From the NCBI GenBank assembly GCA_029856155.1, contig JAHQWL010000073.1, positions 1 through 22,697 on the forward strand: a stretch of DNA of 22,697 bases, read 5' to 3'. How positions within the stretch are numbered: position 1 is the first letter of the stretch; the number at the start of each line of letters is the position of its first letter. Below the pieces are notes generated by a model. The model was given only the letters and a program-made list of their open reading frames with translations, was not told where the DNA came from and did no database searches. Both the position numbers and the translations under genes were made by a program. Positions 16,841-22,697 of the stretch are shown here, piece after piece. This DNA is from Promethearchaeia archaeon. GTDB lineage: Archaea; Asgardarchaeota; Lokiarchaeia; Sigyniarchaeales; SOKP01.

Positions 16841-18364
16841 ATGAAGGCTATTGTTATTGGTTCAGGAATGGCGGGTTTAACTGCTGGGGCTTATTTAGCC
16901 CGCGAGGGATATGAAGTGGTTGTTTATGAGCAATACTCGGAAATTGGTGGTGTAACAGCAACTATAAAGCAAGATGGGTATTCATGGGATATTGGTCCCC
17001 TCCTTTTAGAAGGCTTTGCTCCACATGAAAAGTTAGGGAAGATTCTAATAGAACTTGGGATATATGATAAAATTGAAATAATTAAAGAGGATCGGGGTCA
17101 ATCATTCCCTGATTTTCAAGTATGGAGACCAGAGAAATATGAAGGACCTTATTGGAGGCGTGATTACTTTAAGAAACTCTTTCCCGAAGAGAGTGAAGGA
17201 TTAGATAACTATTATAAATTCTATGATCGTATGATGGCTATTGCCTATCTTGGAAACCAGTTGCCGTTCATTAAAGGTTTAAAAGCTATAGGAATTAAGT
17301 TGAAGCTTTTATTTAAATTTTTGAAAGTTAAAAAATTTAAAGACTGGAGCGCCTCTCAGATAACGGATTATTTCTTTAAAAATGAAAAATTAAAAGCTGT
17401 ATATTTAGGAATTTTAGCAGATATGGTTGTGAAACCGAGTGAGTTCTTCGGATTAGGAGTTCCATTTTTTAATATAGAAACTGCTTTTGATAAACGAATA
17501 CCTATAGAATTTCAAGGTGGGAAATTTCCGGTTTACCATTATATAAAAAATGGTTGTGGAGAACTAATAAAAGTATTGGCAAATCTTATTACTGAAAATG
17601 GCGGTAAAATATATACAAATAGTAAAGTTCAAAAAATCTTAATAGAAAACAACAAGGTTGAAGGAATTCAAATTGAAAATGGAGATACTATTAAGGCTGA
17701 TCTAGTTTTAGCAAGCGGAGGAATGTTTAATACATTCTATAATTTAGTAGGTAAAGAATACCTGTCTGAGGATTTTACTAAGAATATTGACAATATTACT
17801 TTAATGGAATCTGTTTTTATGGTTCATCTTGGAATAGATTTTGATCCATCACGTTTCCAAAGAGCAGCGTTATGTTATTATTATCATACTTATGATATTG
17901 AAGGGGCAATTAAAGAAATGAGAGAAGGACACTATCATGAAGGTGCTGATGGCTTTTTAATATATATTCCAACTATGCATTCTCCAGAAATGGCACCCCC
18001 AGGAAAACATGCTGTTACAATTTATACGGTTGGACCTCACAAGTTAAAAGAAGGATCTTGGGAGGAGCGAAGGGAAGAATTTGCTGATAAATTAATTATG
18101 GAAACAGAAAAGATAATTCCCGGATTATATGAAGGATCCGAAACTAAGAAAATTATGACTCCAGATGATTTTAAAATGCGGATAAATGTATTACGACACT
18201 CTTTTGGAGGAACAGCTCCAGTTCTAGGACAAACTAATCCATCACATAAAACACCAATTGAAGGCTTATTGTACATCGGAGCATATAGTGAGTCTGGAGG
18301 GGGAGTTATGGGTGTTGCTGTCGGAGCTAGAAATGTAGTTAAAATGATATTAGGAAAAAAATAA
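16841..18364 (+). CDS. Phytoene-desaturase-like FAD-dependent oxidoreductase (COG1233)
   Basis: IVIGSGMAGL, E..IGG, GYSWDIGP, SVFMVHLG, SPEMAPPGKH, TPDDF, TPIEGLLYIG, GGGVMGV. Substrate unknown. Confidence 0.88.
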   Translation: MKAIVIGSGMAGLTAGAYLAREGYEVVVYEQYSEIGGVTATIKQDGYSWDIGPLLLEGFAPHEKLGKILIELGIYDKIEIIKEDRGQSFPDFQVWRPEKYEGPYWRRDYFKKLFPEESEGLDNYYKFYDRMMAIAYLGNQLPFIKGLKAIGIKLKLLFKFLKVKKFKDWSASQITDYFFKNEKLKAVYLGILADMVVKPSEFFGLGVPFFNIETAFDKRIPIEFQGGKFPVYHYIKNGCGELIKVLANLITENGGKIYTNSKVQKILIENNKVEGIQIENGDTIKADLVLASGGMFNTFYNLVGKEYLSEDFTKNIDNITLMESVFMVHLGIDFDPSRFQRAALCYYYHTYDIEGAIKEMREGHYHEGADGFLIYIPTMHSPEMAPPGKHAVTIYTVGPHKLKEGSWEERREEFADKLIMETEKIIPGLYEGSETKKIMTPDDFKMRINVLRHSFGGTAPVLGQTNPSHKTPIEGLLYIGAYSESGGGVMGVAVGARNVVKMILGKK

Positions 18365-18377
18365 ATTTACTTTTATC

Positions 18378-19787
18378 TTATTTTTTAAATTCTTGAGTTT
18401 TTTCTTCATGTATTTTTATTAATTTAAGATGCATTTCCTCTAAATTCTTTTTATATAAAGGAAAAAATTTAAGACTTATCAGTCCCAAAAGGTTCATTAT
18501 CGATTGAACAATAAAAAACAAAAACTTAATACCAATTATTGCAGTTTCTGTTTGATAGGGAGCATTTCTCACAAATCCAAATAATAATAAAGTAGTGGTA
18601 CCTATTATTGGCCCGAAGCTTTCTGCGATTTTAATGAAAAAGGCGTTTGTTCCAATAATCAGCCCCTCACGACGAGCTCCATAATGCACTTCATCATCGT
18701 CAGTAACTAACATTAGTATTGGATAATCAAATAGAATATAACCATTAAATAAAGTACCTATAATAAGAAAAAACCATATTAAAAGCTCTAATCCTGGTAT
18801 AAGCAATATCATAAACGCGAATACATTTAAAATGATTTGAATAACCCGCCCTTTAATAATTAATGTTTTCATATCATATTTCTCTGATAATTTCTTATAA
18901 ATACCATAACCAATCAATGCAATAAACGTCGTATTGAAATAAAATAATAGTGAAATTATTAAGCTACTTACATTAAATATGTAAAAATAAGCAAAAACAA
19001 AGCTTAACGTTAATGAAAGATTTAAATGGTTAAAGCATCTAAAAAGAGTCATAGTAAGAAAGGATTTAGATTTTAGAACTTCCTTTAAAGCTTTACCTAA
19101 AGGAAGAATTTGTTGATCTTCATATAACTCGGGACGTTCTCTAAGTTTCGTTCCAACTATAAAATAACAAACTCCAGATATTATAGCACATATTCCTGCA
19201 AATATTTGAAAATAAATTAATCCTGCATCATAAATTAAAAAAGCTAAAAGAACAGGAAATGCACCAATAGCAAAAAATACTTGGTTAAATAAAGCCATTT
19301 TATTTCTTTCTTGCAGATTTTCGGTTAATTCTGGCATTAAAGCTAACCACACCAACCATACAAGAGTAAGAAGCATATCAAAAGCACATATACTTATTAC
19401 AAAATGGATGAAGATCATAATTTGATTTGTAAACGTCCATGGAAACCACATCATGAAAAATACAATTACCCATAAAATACCACCCCATTTGATATAAATA
19501 AGTCTTCTACTTCCCCAACGTTTAATATTAGTATTATCACTTAATCTTCCTAGATAGAAATCGTTAAGGGAATTAATAATAGCATATATAATTTGACCAA
19601 GTGAAAAGAATAATTGTATAAGACCTAAATCGTCCCAGAAGAAGTTAACATAAGTTAAACCAAAAATTCCTGATAATAAAGTGTTAGGAAGATTTGTTAA
19701 AGAATAGTAAAATCTTTCTTTTTTAGTCAGATTAAAAGAATCATGAATTTCTTGATTAGAATTTTCCACAAGGGTTCCTCTTACCAT
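18378..19787 (-). CDS. MFS transporter, GPH/MelB-like (MFS_2)
   Basis: About 12 TM helices; INSLNDFYLGRLSDNT..WGSRR, ALMPELT...ER, DDDEVHYGARREG, FPL. Alternative start GTG 19769. Confidence 0.9.
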   Translation of the reverse strand: MVRGTLVENSNQEIHDSFNLTKKERFYYSLTNLPNTLLSGIFGLTYVNFFWDDLGLIQLFFSLGQIIYAIINSLNDFYLGRLSDNTNIKRWGSRRLIYIKWGGILWVIVFFMMWFPWTFTNQIMIFIHFVISICAFDMLLTLVWLVWLALMPELTENLQERNKMALFNQVFFAIGAFPVLLAFLIYDAGLIYFQIFAGICAIISGVCYFIVGTKLRERPELYEDQQILPLGKALKEVLKSKSFLTMTLFRCFNHLNLSLTLSFVFAYFYIFNVSSLIISLLFYFNTTFIALIGYGIYKKLSEKYDMKTLIIKGRVIQIILNVFAFMILLIPGLELLIWFFLIIGTLFNGYILFDYPILMLVTDDDEVHYGARREGLIIGTNAFFIKIAESFGPIIGTTTLLLFGFVRNAPYQTETAIIGIKFLFFIVQSIMNLLGLISLKFFPLYKKNLEEMHLKLIKIHEEKTQEFKK

Positions 19788-19865
19788 AGAAAGTATGGGT
19801 GTAAATTAATTATCCTTTTTAAACATTAAATTAATGCAAAAGAGAAGAAAATCTTTATTAAAGAA

Positions 19866-21398
19866 CAGTACCAAAGGATTCTAAACTCTAAATCCTATTG
19901 AGCTGTGATTTATTCTATTTATTTTTATTCCTTATTTGATATTTCAAAATATTATTTTTATCTTTCTTAATTATTTGATTACTTACCGCTAAGTTTATTA
20001 GAAAGAAGTGATTATATTAATACATGCCTATAAATAATATATCTCCATATTCGTTTAAGAAACTTGGAGTTAAATCACTTCTTTCCAACCATTATATGCT
20101 CGCATTTTTTAAAAAGTTTTGTGATACAATTGTTTCTCAAAAATGGAAGTTCAAAAGAGCTAAAAACGCAAGATATGAGGATCAGGATTTTCTGAAGGTG
20201 TTTTTTTATTCCGAAATCATCGGTAGATCGATTCACGATACCAGTGAAATGCTCAACGAGTATTTATTAAAGAATAAGAAAGGAAGACGCAGATTATTCG
20301 CTGATGGGAGGAAAAAGCGTATTATTCCACATCAAACTGAGGTGAACAAGTACCTTCGCAAACTTGGATTAAATAAAGCACGGAAAATTCTGCGAACTTG
20401 TCTGGATTTCCAATTAATGGAAGCTTTAAAGCTTGGACTCATCTCAAAAAAGATCAACATAATCATTGACTTCACAGAACATCCTTATTATGGTCAACGT
20501 GAGGATAAAATGATAAAGGGTACCAATCGGCAAAAGGGAACAAAGAAAATGAGGCATTACCTCGGGTTCTCGATTTTGTCGAAAAATGTTCACCTTTATG
20601 CAGGATTGGAGCATGTAGCTAATGGACAGTCTAAAATACCCATAATCCTTGAATTCCTTGATAACATACTCAATCTCGGATTTGAGTTGAGCTATGTATT
20701 AATGGATCGAGAATTTTATAGAGCGGTGCTCTTACATGAGATAAAGGCCAGGAATGGTAATGTCTTAATTCCAACCAAAGAATATAAAAAGATTCGGGGG
20801 ATCATCGAAGCTTACATAAAGGGAGAAGGAAATCGGGTACGGAGATACACGTTTTCAAGTGCCACCGAAGCAAAACATCGATTTTTCCAACATGTTTACC
20901 TGATAATAAAAGCAAAACGCGGTTTCACTCTTCAGGGCGTGAAACGAGACTATCGAATGAGGAAAATATCTTTAGACGATGCCCGGAAGCAGGTATTTGC
21001 CATCATGACTACTGAGAAACCTAAAGGAAAGACGAGTTCTTGGGCGTCCCGCACTTCATTATTTTATCGACGACGATGGTTGATCGAAACAGGATTTTCC
21101 GACTTAAATCGGATCAATCGTCGATGGAAATCTAATCATGACAATGTGCGATATCTTGACATGCTAGCAAGACTGTTGCTTTATAATTCGTGGAAAATGA
21201 ATAAAAAATTGATCAAAAATGCAAGAACTCATGAGGGAAGAACGAGAAAATGGACACTAGTTCAAAATCAGGATTATTTAAAGCAGCTATTTCTAACATC
21301 AGAGGAAAAATCGCAGGGGGTGATTGGTTAAATTTAAAATAATGTCGGCTCTCCGAACACGGAAAATAATAGAAAAAAAAATAAATACTTGAATACTA
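19866..21398 (+). mobile_element. ISH3-like insertion sequence (IS4 superfamily); left end firm, right end uncertain (21362 or 21398)
   Basis: CAGTA terminus at 19866 confirmed by homology with 1-124. GC is visibly higher over the transposase. A candidate degenerate right inverted repeat ends at 21398 (reverse complement TAGTATTCAAGTATTT, 10/16 to the left end), with flanks AAGAA/AATAA. Confidence 0.75.
20024..21331 (+). CDS. DDE transposase, ISH3-like
   Basis: IIIDFTEHPYYG (D1), VLMDREFY (D2), YRRRWLIETGF (YREK-type E motif). Intact 435-aa ORF. Confidence 0.9.
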   Translation: MPINNISPYSFKKLGVKSLLSNHYMLAFFKKFCDTIVSQKWKFKRAKNARYEDQDFLKVFFYSEIIGRSIHDTSEMLNEYLLKNKKGRRRLFADGRKKRIIPHQTEVNKYLRKLGLNKARKILRTCLDFQLMEALKLGLISKKINIIIDFTEHPYYGQREDKMIKGTNRQKGTKKMRHYLGFSILSKNVHLYAGLEHVANGQSKIPIILEFLDNILNLGFELSYVLMDREFYRAVLLHEIKARNGNVLIPTKEYKKIRGIIEAYIKGEGNRVRRYTFSSATEAKHRFFQHVYLIIKAKRGFTLQGVKRDYRMRKISLDDARKQVFAIMTTEKPKGKTSSWASRTSLFYRRRWLIETGFSDLNRINRRWKSNHDNVRYLDMLARLLLYNSWKMNKKLIKNARTHEGRTRKWTLVQNQDYLKQLFLTSEEKSQGVIG

Positions 21399-21427
21399 AA
21401 TAAAAAAAAAAGATTACTCTGATTCTT

Positions 21428-22002
21428 ATGTGTTTTTATATAACTACAACCTTACCAGAAAATACTGATATTGAATCTATAAAAACGATATTAGATCGAT
21501 ACAATATGGCTTTTTTTCCAATTGAAAATAGTAATTTGTGTTCTCAACTCCGTCCAGAGAACTTTACTTTCGAGCAACTAAAGATTACTGTGACTGTGAT
21601 ACTTCTTTAGGGTTTTTAAACAGAGAAGCAGAATATCAGAAATTATTGAATTCCAAGAAGGTTAAAACTCTAAAGAAAAAAAAATGGACAGAAAGCGAGA
21701 ACGATGAATGGATTAGATTAAAGTTACAAGATAAACCTTCACATAGTAAAAGCTCTATAACTCAAAAAGAACGACATTTAGATATCGAAAGATGGACAAA
21801 TTTTATTTTAGAAATTATAAATTCAAAAAAAGTTTCTCGAATTGGTATCCTTAAGCATTGGTATAGATATGGACTAAACGATGAAGAGATTATTTTAAAA
21901 AGAACCGTTAAATCGTTTATAGATGAAGTTAAACCTGAACTTCTTTTAAAATTGGAAGAAGATGTATTATATGAATTCTGTTCTCAATATAAATTCAAGT
22001 AA
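21428..22002 (+). pseudogene. Hypothetical Cys-motif protein split by a 1-nt frameshift near 21557
   Basis: MCFYITTTLP...SQLRP continues naturally into ELYFRATKDYCDCDTSLG... in the overlapping frame if one base is restored in CCA-GA-GAA. Confidence 0.65.
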
Positions 22003-22023
22003 AGGGAAATAAGAATCACCCAA

Positions 22024-22695
22024 TTATCTTTCAGAGGTCTCTACTGAATGGAAAGTATGATCAGGCTGCCAATCCAAACTTTGATGTTCAAAATACTGTT
22101 TATACAATTGTCCATATTGCCCTCCAGTAGAGAGTAAAGACTCATGAGTGCCTTCTTCAATGATTCTTCCTTGATCCATAACAATTATTCGGTCAGCATT
22201 CAAGATAGTTGATAGTCTATGAGCAATAATTATTGAAGTTCGACCAGTTAAGAGTACATCAAGAGCTTCTTGAATAATTGCTTCTGTATAAGCATCTACA
22301 CTTGATGTTGCTTCATCAAGAATAAGAATCTTAGGATTCATCAAAAGTGCTCGAGCAAAGCTAATAAGTTGCTTTTGTCCTGCAGAAAGACCTCTTCCCC
22401 TTTCTCCTATTTCAGTCTGTAAACCTTCCTTTAAATATTCTATGAGTTCTTCAGCATGGACCGCTTTAATAGCATTCCAAAGATCTTCTTCTGAAGCATC
22501 TCTTCTACCATAACGGATATTTTCTTCTATTGTACCAGAAAATAAAAACACATCTTGTTGAACCATCCCTAGATTTCTCCTATAGGAATCCAATTTTATA
22601 TCCCTAATATCATTTCCATCAATTTTAATAGAACCTCCTTGAAATTCATAATAACGAGATAAAAGCTTTACTAGACTTGATTTTCCCGCTCCAGT
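22024..22695 (-). CDS. ABC exporter ATP-binding domain (MdlB-like); 5' part lies beyond the window
   Basis: Frame open to the window edge: TGAGKSSL (Walker A), QDVFLFSGTI, LSAGQKQL, ILILDEATS, IAHRLST. Confidence 0.93.
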   Translation of the reverse strand, partial: TGAGKSSLVKLLSRYYEFQGGSIKIDGNDIRDIKLDSYRRNLGMVQQDVFLFSGTIEENIRYGRRDASEEDLWNAIKAVHAEELIEYLKEGLQTEIGERGRGLSAGQKQLISFARALLMNPKILILDEATSSVDAYTEAIIQEALDVLLTGRTSIIIAHRLSTILNADRIIVMDQGRIIEEGTHESLLSTGGQYGQLYKQYFEHQSLDWQPDHTFHSVETSER

Positions 22696-22697
22696 AT

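Noticed and set aside
351-18276. Short antisense or alternative-frame ORFs in the track (351, 946, 1225, 2446, 3643, 3938, 4505, 7637, 7951, 9538, 16063, 18037)
   Set aside because: All overlap well-supported genes and show no recognisable motifs; they are shadow ORFs.
16841-18364. Assigning crtI / carotenoid biosynthesis
   Set aside because: There is no phytoene synthase or other crt gene nearby, and the family has many substrates.
21452-21467. AATACTG as the IS right end
   Set aside because: It lies inside the downstream coding region and matches only the terminal 5 nt of the left end.
1-22697. CRISPR array, tRNA or rRNA genes
   Set aside because: No regularly spaced repeats or GC-rich structured RNA segments were seen.

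Overview
AT-rich window with archaeal-style Shine-Dalgarno (SD) motifs (GGTGA/GGAGG). Its gene families suggest an Asgard archaeon, probably Lokiarchaeia/Promethearchaeota (inference). In order it holds: the left end of an ISH3-like insertion sequence (IS) pointing out of the window (1-124), cobO, a DUF169 gene, a YbhB/PEBP gene, a CoA-transferase-fold alpha subunit, a threonine module (ACT protein, hom, thrC, convergent thrH), a nitroreductase remnant, the matching beta subunit, and a SNF2 ATPase plus SWIM-finger pair. Next come an ICMT-like gene, a membrane-anchored double-wHTH gene, an internally duplicated membrane protein interrupted by TAG, an alpha/beta hydrolase, a 7TM protein with a C4C4 RING-like tail next to a stand-alone copy of that tail, a phytoene-desaturase-like oxidoreductase, an MFS transporter, an intact ISH3-like transposase, a frameshifted hypothetical gene and the 3' part of an ABC exporter. 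The most notable items are the 7TM-RING plus free-RING pair (possible membrane receptor/E3-like module), a CoA-transferase pair whose beta subunit appears to lack the catalytic Glu and whose genes are separated by the thr module, two related IS left ends in inverted orientation (98/124 identical) bracketing ~19.7 kb, and two genes that appear to start at ATA/ATC.
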